A DNA stretch of 64,000 bases, taken from the NCBI GenBank assembly GCA_040755005.1, contig JBFMBV010000007.1:1181-65180 (forward strand). Reading direction: 5' to 3'. The position numbers and the translations under genes are program-made. Numbering within the stretch: the stretch's first letter is position 1; every line of letters starts with the position of its first letter. The stretch comes from Bacillota bacterium. GTDB taxonomy: Bacteria > Bacillota > Sulfobacillia > JBFMBV01. Below are positions 9,613 through 17,788 of the stretch, one piece after another. The notes below the pieces were generated by a model, which had not been told where the DNA came from, made no database searches, and saw only the letters and a program-made list of their open reading frames with translations.

Positions 9613-9638
9613 CCGGCTGTGCCGGGAAGGGTTTGCGC
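9600..9638. terminator. Perfect 18-bp inverted repeat (probable terminator)
   Basis: GCGCAAACCCTTCCCGGC-TGT-GCCGGGAAGGGTTTGCGC, just downstream of the 9657..10022 stop. Confidence 0.6.
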
Positions 9639-9656
9639 AGTCCTGTTCAGTTCAAA

Positions 9657-10022
9657 CTACTTTGCCTGTTCCCTACGTTCCTGGAGGCGGCGCCGCCGCT
9701 CCTCGGCGGCTGCCTTGGCGCGATCCCGCTCTTCCTCGTTGGTCCGCTCCTGGGCTTCTTCGATGAAGGTGATGAGCACGTCTATGTTACGCCGGTCTTC
9801 CAGGAGCATGGCGAAGTCCTCGAGGTCCTGATAGGGAAGGAAGATCCCCGCTACAGGGTTGACGAAGTGCAGGAACTGGGATGCCAAGAACGCGAGGGGA
9901 CGGTTCGATTCCAGGAAGAAGATGGCGGCAGCCGTCAGCCCCCGCTTCGCCACTTGGTTGGCGATGAAACTGAAGAGCTCATTGCGGCGCACTTCCGAGA
10001 CTCTGGTGTCGATTGACCTCAC
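9657..10022 (-). CDS. Hypothetical protein with a charged coiled-coil C-terminus
   Basis: 121 aa ORF, FFLESNRPLAFLASQ motif, coding-like codon use. Confidence 0.7.
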   Translation of the reverse strand: MRSIDTRVSEVRRNELFSFIANQVAKRGLTAAAIFFLESNRPLAFLASQFLHFVNPVAGIFLPYQDLEDFAMLLEDRRNIDVLITFIEEAQERTNEEERDRAKAAAEERRRRLQERREQAK

Positions 10023-10194
10023 CCCGTCCGCGGGATTCGATTGAAGCGTGTTTCTACAACTGCGCGACCGTTTCCTGCCAGTAGCTTGGCTGGAACCACG
10101 TTCCGTATGCGCACTCAGCAGGAAATAGCCAGCGCTTGTGGAAATATGTCAGAATTGACACCGTTCAACACAGCCTGGACATTTTGGAGGGGGA

Positions 10195-10587
10195 ATGTCT
10201 GTGCGCAGACTGGTGGTGTGTGGCTTGATAGGCGCCTTGCTCCTGGCCGTCACCGGCTGCATGGCCACGGCAAACGCCGACGTCGTAGTGCGCGAGTATC
10301 TTGACCTGGTCATCAAGGACGACCTGGACAAGGCCTATGCCCTGCTGACCGCGGTGGCCAAGGCCGACTATCCCAAAGACAGATACCTGGCCGACATGGC
10401 AGCGACCGAGGCGGAGCTGGGCGCCCTGAGCTCCTACAAGGTCACCGGGCAGCGGATGCCTGGGTCGACTACAGCCTCGGTGACCGTGACGCTGACCTAC
10501 ACGAGAGACAACGCGACCAAGCAAGTCCCCTTCGTCTTCGGCTGCTTCAACGAGCGGGGCCAGTGGCGCATAGCCAACTACAAGTAG
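10195..10587 (+). CDS. Putative lipoprotein (NTF2-like/DUF4878-like)
   Basis: RBS GGAGGGGG; lipobox LLLAVTGC; YL..D..KAYALL and C-terminal ERGQWRI. Confidence 0.75.
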   Translation: MSVRRLVVCGLIGALLLAVTGCMATANADVVVREYLDLVIKDDLDKAYALLTAVAKADYPKDRYLADMAATEAELGALSSYKVTGQRMPGSTTASVTVTLTYTRDNATKQVPFVFGCFNERGQWRIANYK

Positions 10588-10605
10588 CGCCTGCCCTGCA
10601 CGCTT

Positions 10606-10636
10606 AGGGGGGGAGGGTCCATCGCCCTCCCCCCCT
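10606..10636. terminator. Hairpin between convergent genes
   Basis: AGGGGGGGAGGG...CCCTCCCCCCCT stem. Confidence 0.5.
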
Positions 10637-10660
10637 GTCTTCGTGGGAACCGGCCCTAGC

Positions 10661-12010
10661 TCAGAACACCTCCAGGTTTGCGCGGGGAACGACTGCCTGC
10701 GTCCCGCACTCCAGTTCGACCTCGGCCACGGGCACCTTGGCCTCAGTCTCGATGACCACGGGCTCGCGGGGGATGCCCACGATCTTGCCCAAGGCGCCGA
10801 AGTGCGGATCGCTGATGACGCGCACCATCTGGCCCAGCTTAAGGTCCTCCTCCACGGAGCGCTGGCTGACCAAGGCGCCCGCGTAGTCAGGATAGGCCAC
10901 GATGATCTCGGGGCGGATGGCCCCGGCCCTGATTTGGGTAGCCCCGTTAATCGAGCCGTCCTGCCCCTCCATGGCCTTGAGCAGGTCGAACACGCCCTGG
11001 CGCATGGCAAGGTGGCCGAACCCCTCCATCAACACCAGCGTCACGCTGGTGTCCTCTTGCCCGGTGATGCCGACGCCCAGTTTGACCCCCAGGGAGTGGA
11101 TGATGGCCAGATAGGAGGCGGTCGCGGCGATGATGCCCTTGACACCGACCCTGGCGGCCTTGGCCAGCGCCTCGTCGGCCACGTGGGCCCCGCCGACCAG
11201 GATGCAACCCGCGTGTTCTGCCGATATCCCGTCCTCGGTCAGGACGTCGCCTGGGCCGTCGACGACTACCCGCAAGGGCCCGTGAGTTTCCCGGCCAACA
11301 CCGAAGATGCCGGTGATACGGACGGCTGGCGCTTCTACCACCACTCCCCGGTGGGGCAACACCTCTGCGACCCGCCCGTGCATATAACCCTTAATTATGA
11401 CTTCCTTGAACGGCCTGGCAATGGTGACCAGCCCGGTCTGGGTGTTGACCTCAGCGATGATCCCGGAGATGGGCGCGCGTACGGCCTTAGTGAAAAAGGC
11501 AGCCTGCTCACCCTTCTTGGCAAAGATCTGCTCTTTCTTAACCTCATCCCCGACCTTGCGCAGCATGCACTTAGGCAGATCGGCCGGCTTGACCCCCAGT
11601 TCGAAGGCGGCATCCACCTTGACCGGCGGCTCTTCCTTGCCGAACTCCTCGCGGATGACCACCCGTCCCGATCGGGCCGAGATGTCCTCCACCACCCCAT
11701 CGGTGGGCGACTCCAGCTCCTTGCGCCCGTAGATGCCCCGCAGGGCTCTGGCATACACCTGCTTGTGGCCGACCCGGTCCCCGACCTTCACCGCCATGGC
11801 TTCGGGGAGGTCAGCGGGCTCGATGCCGAGCAGGCGTGCAGCCGGCACGACCCAGGGAATGCCGGGCCGCAGGCTGATCTTGGCTACCGGCGTGTCCGGG
11901 GCCACTAGGTCACCGTTGCCGACCAGCACATCGCCGGGGAGAGGCAGGCGCCTGACCTTCCTGACCAGTTCGATTGGCAGGCTACCGTCGGAACAGAGAG
12001 AAAACGCCAC
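10661..12010 (-). CDS. Uncharacterised barrel-sandwich-hybrid/KOW protein (paralog 2, one extra repeat)
   Basis: Repeats VLVGNGDLVAPD / AVKVGDRV..ESPTDG / LRKVGDEV..RAPISG; MEGFG; NGATQIRAGAIRPE; GQMVRVISDPHFG. Confidence 0.8.
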   Translation of the reverse strand: MAFSLCSDGSLPIELVRKVRRLPLPGDVLVGNGDLVAPDTPVAKISLRPGIPWVVPAARLLGIEPADLPEAMAVKVGDRVGHKQVYARALRGIYGRKELESPTDGVVEDISARSGRVVIREEFGKEEPPVKVDAAFELGVKPADLPKCMLRKVGDEVKKEQIFAKKGEQAAFFTKAVRAPISGIIAEVNTQTGLVTIARPFKEVIIKGYMHGRVAEVLPHRGVVVEAPAVRITGIFGVGRETHGPLRVVVDGPGDVLTEDGISAEHAGCILVGGAHVADEALAKAARVGVKGIIAATASYLAIIHSLGVKLGVGITGQEDTSVTLVLMEGFGHLAMRQGVFDLLKAMEGQDGSINGATQIRAGAIRPEIIVAYPDYAGALVSQRSVEEDLKLGQMVRVISDPHFGALGKIVGIPREPVVIETEAKVPVAEVELECGTQAVVPRANLEVF

Positions 12011-13895
12011 GCTTCTCGCCCCCCTTCTCCAGCTTGGCGGCGGCTTTCACAGGGCTCTTGGCCAGGTACTCCTCGAGTTTGTCCACGGGGTACAGTTCCA
12101 TGGTGCGGACCCACTCCATCAGCAGGGCCGAGCGCTGCTTGGGGTCGTCGGGCACGGCCAAGGGCCTGCCTCTGGTGTCGACCACGATGCCAACCAGCCC
12201 GCCGTGAACTTCGCGTTCCACCGGCTTGCCCTTGACTCCCCCAAGGTCGAAACCGGCGGCGGGTACAGCGACCACGTGGGCTTTCTCTCCCACCTTGAGC
12301 TCGTACCGCTTGAGCTCACCGAAGCCGACCTTCTCCTTCACTACCTTCCCATCGGGGAAAGTGATGGTCAGGTCAAGACAGGGCTGCTTAGGCCGCCCCC
12401 GCCCCAAGGGGGCGATGCACGTACCCAGACGCACGAGGCAGTCTTTATCGAACACCTCGGCGGCGATGTCGGGGTGAGTGGAAGCGAGCACGCCCAAATG
12501 TGGCATCATGAAGATGCTGTCAACCGCCAGCTGCGTGAACCCCTGGGGTTCAAAGGCGTCGATCAGCATCATCGCGGCCTGGGTCCGGCGGGGAGCATGG
12601 GACAGGACGCCGCCTGACCCCACCAGCATGTCCAGGCGCATCATGTCAATCAGTTCAACGCCCGTGACCCGCCACAGTTTGCCCTGGTTGGAAAAGCTGC
12701 CTACCAGGCTGGCATCCTGTTGCTCGATCTTCCTGGCCAGTTTCTTGTGGTGTTCGAAGGACAGGCGCAGGGCCTCCCTGGCCAACGCCTGCTCGAGGAT
12801 GAGCTTGTCCAAGGTCTGGGGGATGGTGGTGGGCCTGACCATCTTGTTGGATATCCAGTCCGACAACCCCTCCGAGTCGGTCTCGAACGGCACCCACCGG
12901 CGGATGTTCTCTTCCTTCGCTTCCTCCATCACGTTGCAGATGGAATAGCTCATGCCCAGGTTCGCACTGACCGTACGGGTGAAGTTGCCGTCAAAGTTGG
13001 AAAAGACATCGGTGGTGGCGCCGCCGATGTCCACGCCGATGATGTTAGCCGAGTATTTCTCCGCCATCAGTGAGATGATGCTGCCAACAGCGCCGGGGGT
13101 CGGCATGATGGTGCCATCCACCCACTGCATCAGCTCGCCGTACCCGGGCGCTTGCGCCATCACGTGGTTCATGAACAGATCATGGATCGCTTCCCGGGCC
13201 GGCCCGAGATTCTCCACATCGTGCCTAGGCCTGAGGTTCTCCACCAGGTGCACGTCGAGGTTCTCCCCGGCGATGCTCATGATCAGATCCTGGGCATCGA
13301 TATTCCCGGCATAAACCAAGGGGAGCTTGTAGGAGGCCCCGAAGCGCGGCTGGGGGTTGGCCTGGACGATGGTCTCGGCGATGGCCGCGATATACGCGAC
13401 CGACCCGCCGTCCACGCCGCCCGACATGAGGATGATGTCCGGCCGCAGTTCGGTGATGCGCGTGATCTGCTCCGACGTTGAGCGGCCGTCGTCCACGGCG
13501 ATCACGTCCAACACGACAGCGCCGGCGCCCAGGGCCGCCCTGTGGGCACTGATGGCGCTGATGGTCGAGACCAGGCCGGCGACCATCATCTGCAGGCCGC
13601 CCCCGGCGCTGGAAGTAGACACATAGTAGTCCACGCCCTTGCTCCCGGACAGGGGCCTAACCAACTTTCCGGACGCGTCCAAGATGGGGCGTTGGATTAG
13701 CTCCTCCACCCGCTTGACCGACTTGCGCACTCCGATCATCACATTATCCCACGGCGCCTCGACCGTAGTAGGCATCTCGCCGCGAGTAACCAACCGGTAT
13801 TCGTCCCCGCGCTTCTCGATGAGGATGGCCTTGGTCGTGGTGCTGCCGACGTCGGTGGCCAGAATGGACGTCGGAGCCCTGCTTGCCGCCATCAC
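11982..13895 (-). CDS. Glutamate mutase L (GlmL/MutL)-like ASKHA ATPase (paralog 2)
   Basis: ATDVGSTTTK, MSGGVDGG, MPTPGAV, VDIGGATTDVFS, GSGGVLSHAP; strong RBS AGGAGGGG. Confidence 0.85.
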   Translation of the reverse strand: MMAASRAPTSILATDVGSTTTKAILIEKRGDEYRLVTRGEMPTTVEAPWDNVMIGVRKSVKRVEELIQRPILDASGKLVRPLSGSKGVDYYVSTSSAGGGLQMMVAGLVSTISAISAHRAALGAGAVVLDVIAVDDGRSTSEQITRITELRPDIILMSGGVDGGSVAYIAAIAETIVQANPQPRFGASYKLPLVYAGNIDAQDLIMSIAGENLDVHLVENLRPRHDVENLGPAREAIHDLFMNHVMAQAPGYGELMQWVDGTIMPTPGAVGSIISLMAEKYSANIIGVDIGGATTDVFSNFDGNFTRTVSANLGMSYSICNVMEEAKEENIRRWVPFETDSEGLSDWISNKMVRPTTIPQTLDKLILEQALAREALRLSFEHHKKLARKIEQQDASLVGSFSNQGKLWRVTGVELIDMMRLDMLVGSGGVLSHAPRRTQAAMMLIDAFEPQGFTQLAVDSIFMMPHLGVLASTHPDIAAEVFDKDCLVRLGTCIAPLGRGRPKQPCLDLTITFPDGKVVKEKVGFGELKRYELKVGEKAHVVAVPAAGFDLGGVKGKPVEREVHGGLVGIVVDTRGRPLAVPDDPKQRSALLMEWVRTMELYPVDKLEEYLAKSPVKAAAKLEKGGEKRGVFSLFRR

Positions 13896-14028
13896 AAACC
13901 CCTCCTATGCTGTGTCCGTCCGGTGGCAGTCTCGCATGGTGGCATCGCTGAATGTGACAGTTTCCAGGGCAGAGGGCCCGCAGCCGTGAGTTGATGTTCA
14001 GTGCAATCCTGCCAGTTAGCTTCGCGGA

Positions 14029-14056
14029 AAGAGCCCACTCCGGAGAGTGGGCTCTT
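14029..14056 (-). terminator. Rho-independent terminator after the membrane-protein operon
   Basis: AAGAGCCCACTC-CGGA-GAGTGGGCTCTT perfect stem just after the stop at 14075. Confidence 0.75.
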
Positions 14057-14074
14057 GTGCCCGCGTAGCAGCGA

Positions 14075-14698
14075 TTACCTAAAGACCGTGTTGGGGAAGG
14101 TCTTCAGGAGGAAGAACGCGCGACCGTAGAAGGTAGCGGCACGAGATATCACCGTGCCACCGAAGCCTGCTCCTAGGGCCGCCATGATGGCGTACCTGCC
14201 GATGGTGGCAGCCACGTTCATCAACGGGTTCTCCCGCTTGATGGTGAAGAAGAAGTACGCGATCGAGCAGGTCAGGAAGATGAAGAACAGGATGTTATTA
14301 ACCGTGACGCCAGGCGTCTTCCCCTGGAACTTGATGAAGCTGTCGATGATCTGGCCGAGCATCGGGCGCGGGTCATAGGCGAAGCTGTACCCGATACCGT
14401 AGCCCACCCAGTACGACATGGGGATGCGGGCGATCCAGGCGATCTTGGGGAAGAACCTCGTGTAGATGAGGAGGCCGCCGACCACAGGAATAATGTAAAG
14501 CAGTTTCTGATCCTCGAGGATGTATTTCATGAGGATCATCTTCCCTGTGCCGTGCCAGCTCATGACCAAAATGTGCGCGGTGGATAGACCAAGCATCACG
14601 TGTTCCAGCAGCCTGAACACGGGGTTCTCCTTATAGAGATAGGAGAGAACGCCCAGCGTGACCAAGGTCGCAACCCAGGCCTGAATAGGTGTCAGCAC
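14075..14698 (-). CDS. Uncharacterised integral membrane protein (about 6 TM)
   Basis: Hydrophobic 207 aa; SYLYKENPVFRLLEH, YFFFT, GRYAIMAALGAGFG; RBS AGGAGGTGA. Confidence 0.8.
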   Translation of the reverse strand: MLTPIQAWVATLVTLGVLSYLYKENPVFRLLEHVMLGLSTAHILVMSWHGTGKMILMKYILEDQKLLYIIPVVGGLLIYTRFFPKIAWIARIPMSYWVGYGIGYSFAYDPRPMLGQIIDSFIKFQGKTPGVTVNNILFFIFLTCSIAYFFFTIKRENPLMNVAATIGRYAIMAALGAGFGGTVISRAATFYGRAFFLLKTFPNTVFR

Positions 14699-14748
14699 TC
14701 ACACTCACCTCCTTGCTTCAGAGTCGACAAGGTGGCCTTCCACCGTGG

Positions 14749-15588
14749 TTACTTCTTCTTGCTGAGCACGTAGCCGACATTGCCCAAGATGATGACGACA
14801 ATGATCAGCGCGTGGACAGCAGCCTGGGAATCCATGCCAGCCGTGCCGTCGCCGAGCCTGCCGACGAGCGACTCGTACTCAGCAGCGCCACTCATGCCCA
14901 CAACCAGGCCCTTATACTGGCCGGAACGGATGTAGGGCATCTTGCCGGGACCGCTGATGCCGGTGCAGACCACGACCATCGGCACGCCCTTCTCCTTGTC
15001 GGCATCGGGGCTTACCGTGGACAGATAGTCCGCATCTCCTGGACGCCCCGTGGTCAGATCGACCACCAGCTCCACATACGGACGGGTCAGCTGCGGCACA
15101 GCCTGGATGAGAGGCATCGTGGACAGCGGCCTGCCCATGATGTCCGAGTCGGACGCGGCAGCGACGATCCCCTGGGTCATGTTGCGGAGCACCGTGGCGG
15201 CCATGGGCTTCCAGCCCAGGTCGACCCAGTCGACCCCATACTCCTTGTTGAACTCCTTGGCGATTGCGCTCAGCCAAGCATTGTTCAGCATCGCGCCGGT
15301 CTCCCACATGGAGTAGAGGATGACCTTGTGCCCGCTCTTGAAGAGCTGCCTGGCGATGGCCTGGCCGGTCGGGGTCAGCTCAGGGGCGGATGACATGTCA
15401 TAGTCGCCGCCGAGCCACACCACGGAGTTCGGGGGCAGCTTCTCGATGTACTCGAAAGCCTGCCGCGTCTCCGCCGAAACCGAGACGGGCAACCCAATGG
15501 GCCTTAGCATCGGGACAGCGATCGCGGCAAATACCACCAGGTAGATGATCCGCGCATCGATTTTCTGCAGCTTCTCGAAGATGTTCAC
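14749..15588 (-). CDS. Uncharacterised membrane-anchored protein (N- and C-terminal TM, large soluble domain)
   Basis: PIGLPVSVS, SSAPEL, YGVDWVDLGW, SGQYKGLVVGMSGAAEYE, MDSQAAVH; RBS GGAGGAGGTG. Confidence 0.8.
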   Translation of the reverse strand: MNIFEKLQKIDARIIYLVVFAAIAVPMLRPIGLPVSVSAETRQAFEYIEKLPPNSVVWLGGDYDMSSAPELTPTGQAIARQLFKSGHKVILYSMWETGAMLNNAWLSAIAKEFNKEYGVDWVDLGWKPMAATVLRNMTQGIVAAASDSDIMGRPLSTMPLIQAVPQLTRPYVELVVDLTTGRPGDADYLSTVSPDADKEKGVPMVVVCTGISGPGKMPYIRSGQYKGLVVGMSGAAEYESLVGRLGDGTAGMDSQAAVHALIIVVIILGNVGYVLSKKK

Positions 15589-15642
15589 CTGCGTACACCT
15601 CCTCCCTTAAGAGGTCAGATACTTAGCTGGCGTCCGGTAGGC

Positions 15643-16275
15643 CTAATGCATGCTGCCACCGAGACCACCCAGGTGCGAACGCTCGAGGCCAAGCAACAGG
15701 CGAAGAGACACGGCAAACATGCCGATATAGCCGCCTAGGTCGATGGCGCGGAAAGCCGCGCTAGCGGGCACCCTCAACAGCCAGTTGCCGGCATTGGGAA
15801 TCTCGGACCAGATCATCTTGCCCAGGGCAACCCTGGTCAGCATGACCGTGATACCGCACAGCAGCAGCACGGTGGCTTCCTTGGTCCGAATGCGGAACGC
15901 ACGGTACGCAGCCGATGCGACATAGAAGATGAGTAGCGAGAAGATCGTGGAGTTGATCGGAGTCCAGATCGCATCGAAGATCCACTTGTAGGTTACGCCC
16001 TGATTGGTCGTCCTCCACCCAAGCAGTGTGTAGAAGACCAAACAGGCCAGCGCTACGACGCTGAAGATCCAACCTTCCTTGCGGCGCCTGATGTGGCCCA
16101 AGTGGATGCGGAAGATGTTGATCGCACCTACGAACATGGCGGCCACACCGGTAGTGGTGAACGCCAGGCTGAAGGTCTGCAGGAACTTAGTATCCCAGCC
16201 CCACTGGGTCATGCGGAACACCACGACCGTCAGCGCCGTAACGAAGGTGAGGAGAAGCGGCAACTCCTTGCGCAC
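15643..16275 (-). CDS. Uncharacterised integral membrane protein
   Basis: Multi-TM 210 aa; PINSTIFSLLIFYVASAAYRAFRIR, LRLLLGLERS. Confidence 0.8.
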   Translation of the reverse strand: MRKELPLLLTFVTALTVVVFRMTQWGWDTKFLQTFSLAFTTTGVAAMFVGAINIFRIHLGHIRRRKEGWIFSVVALACLVFYTLLGWRTTNQGVTYKWIFDAIWTPINSTIFSLLIFYVASAAYRAFRIRTKEATVLLLCGITVMLTRVALGKMIWSEIPNAGNWLLRVPASAAFRAIDLGGYIGMFAVSLRLLLGLERSHLGGLGGSMH

Positions 16276-16322
16276 AGGTACACCCCCTTTGCCCCTGGAT
16301 TGGAGCCATGGTAGTCATGGGG

Positions 16323-17135
16323 CTACCTCCTCAGGAAGTCGGCCAGGACGTTCTTGGCCTGGACGTTCTGAAGGATGGTGCCGACGAAGATGAGCACGAA
16401 GACCAGGATGCGGACCATGTCCTGCCCGATGACGGATCCGACCAGCACGGGCTCCCTGGAAACGTAGGCGCCCGCCGCGAAGATCTCCTCACCGATCAGC
16501 GTGTAGTCGCAGGCGGTGATGAACCACGGCAGCTGGAAGGTGGACAGGGTGCCGGCGATCTGGACGGCCCCGGCGTTGTGCGCGCCTTCCGCGAGCAGCA
16601 TGGCCTCGGCCATGAAGTGGCCAATCATGATATTGGCCGCGATCTTCTCGCGCTGGAAGATACCGAGGCAGGCAGCGGTGTAGGTGAACTGCCAACCCGA
16701 GAGGTAGCGCACATCGTCTGCGTTGAAGGCGTCGGGACGGCCAGCCTCAAGATACGACTGTTTGATGATCTCCTCGTTGACAGTCAACACCTGGTAGTCA
16801 TTGTTGGTGTTGATCAGCCGGGTGTCGTACTTGGCGCAGAGCTTCGCCACGTGGGCCAGGATCGCCCAGAACGCGAAAGTGGACGGGGTGCTCACGTAGC
16901 CAAGTCCAGAGGTGGTATGCACCGGGCGCCCCATTTCCGTGGCGCGGCCCACCGCCTCGTCAATGGCCTCGAGGCCGTTGATCTTGCGGATGGGGGGAAC
17001 GGGCATTCCAGCCTTGGCCCTGCTGATGAAGAAGTACACGAAGGCGAGTACGACCATGAGGAAGATGAACGGAACCATCTGACCCTTCACCCAGAACGTC
17101 TTCGGAGCCGCCGCAGCAGCCAGTTGAAACAACAT
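16323..17135 (-). CDS. DUF6754-like membrane-anchored protein
   Basis: IRKINGLEAIDEAVGRATEMGRPVH, AEAMLLAEG, GAVQIAGT..QLPWFITACDYTLIGEEIFAAGAY (family recognised from memory). Confidence 0.75.
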   Translation of the reverse strand: MLFQLAAAAAPKTFWVKGQMVPFIFLMVVLAFVYFFISRAKAGMPVPPIRKINGLEAIDEAVGRATEMGRPVHTTSGLGYVSTPSTFAFWAILAHVAKLCAKYDTRLINTNNDYQVLTVNEEIIKQSYLEAGRPDAFNADDVRYLSGWQFTYTAACLGIFQREKIAANIMIGHFMAEAMLLAEGAHNAGAVQIAGTLSTFQLPWFITACDYTLIGEEIFAAGAYVSREPVLVGSVIGQDMVRILVFVLIFVGTILQNVQAKNVLADFLRR

Positions 17136-17210
17136 CTATCTTTCACCTCCTTCCCCACTTGGGGGTTATAAGCAGCAGGCCCGAATCTGGGCCCCGCTTG
17201 CTTGGGCAGG

Positions 17211-17240
17211 ATATTCGCCCAAGGTGACTGTAATTCCTTC
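17211..17240 (-). promoter_or_regulatory. SigH-like promoter of the DUF6754 operon
   Basis: GAAGGAATT-13 nt-GCGAATAT on the minus strand, about 75 nt upstream of the ATG at 17135. Confidence 0.55.
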
Positions 17241-17299
17241 TTTCGACAGGCAATTTTTCGTGAGATAGCCAATCGCGTAACCACTCTGCACAGCTGCGC

Positions 17300-17788
17300 T
17301 TAGTGCCGGCGCCTCGGTGCCCGCGCCTCATTCGCCGGCAGCTTTGTCCCGGCCGGCCGCTCCAGCTTCCGAGCAACGATGGCCATGATCGCCTCCCGGT
17401 GACCTCCATAGTACAGGAACACGCCTTTCAGGATGCGGCCGCGCAGATCCTGCGGAAAGGCCAGCAGGACCCCGTCGGGGTAGGCCGTGTAGCCAATGAA
17501 GCGCGACCATTTCTTGTACTCCGGGGCGATGAAGTTCATCCAGGTCACCCCGGCCTCGCTCAGCTGGTAGCGGTTGGGGAACAGATAGGGCGCCAACGCC
17601 CCCATCAGCCCCACCGTAGCTGCGAGCGTGTAGGACCAGTGCCCATACAGCACCTGTACCACCGCCAGCAACGCAATCACGCCCACAATCACCGCCGCAG
17701 CCGTCACCGGCCTCTTTGTCAGCGGATGGTGGCTCCATTTCAGCAGAGGCCGGGTATCCTCGTCCGGCCTCGCCTCTGGTCGTGTCAC
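17300..17788 (-). CDS. Two-TM protein with a C-terminal soluble (YcxB/bacterial PH-like) domain
   Basis: LKWSHHP, two TM helices, PYLFPNRYQLSEAGV..KKWSRF..GVLL. GTG start overlaps the upstream stop. Confidence 0.65.
   Translation of the reverse strand: MTRPEARPDEDTRPLLKWSHHPLTKRPVTAAAVIVGVIALLAVVQVLYGHWSYTLAATVGLMGALAPYLFPNRYQLSEAGVTWMNFIAPEYKKWSRFIGYTAYPDGVLLAFPQDLRGRILKGVFLYYGGHREAIMAIVARKLERPAGTKLPANEARAPRRRH

Noticed and set aside
7684-13895. Calling these genes DNA mismatch-repair mutL or a glutamate mutase operon
   Set aside because: The motifs are actin-fold (GlmL-type), not GHKL, and no mutase subunits or B12-binding DxHxxG motif are seen.
14002-14015. Sigma-54 promoter (TGGCAG..TTGCA) upstream of ATPase-2
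   Set aside because: The GG-to-GC spacing is too short for a -24/-12 promoter.
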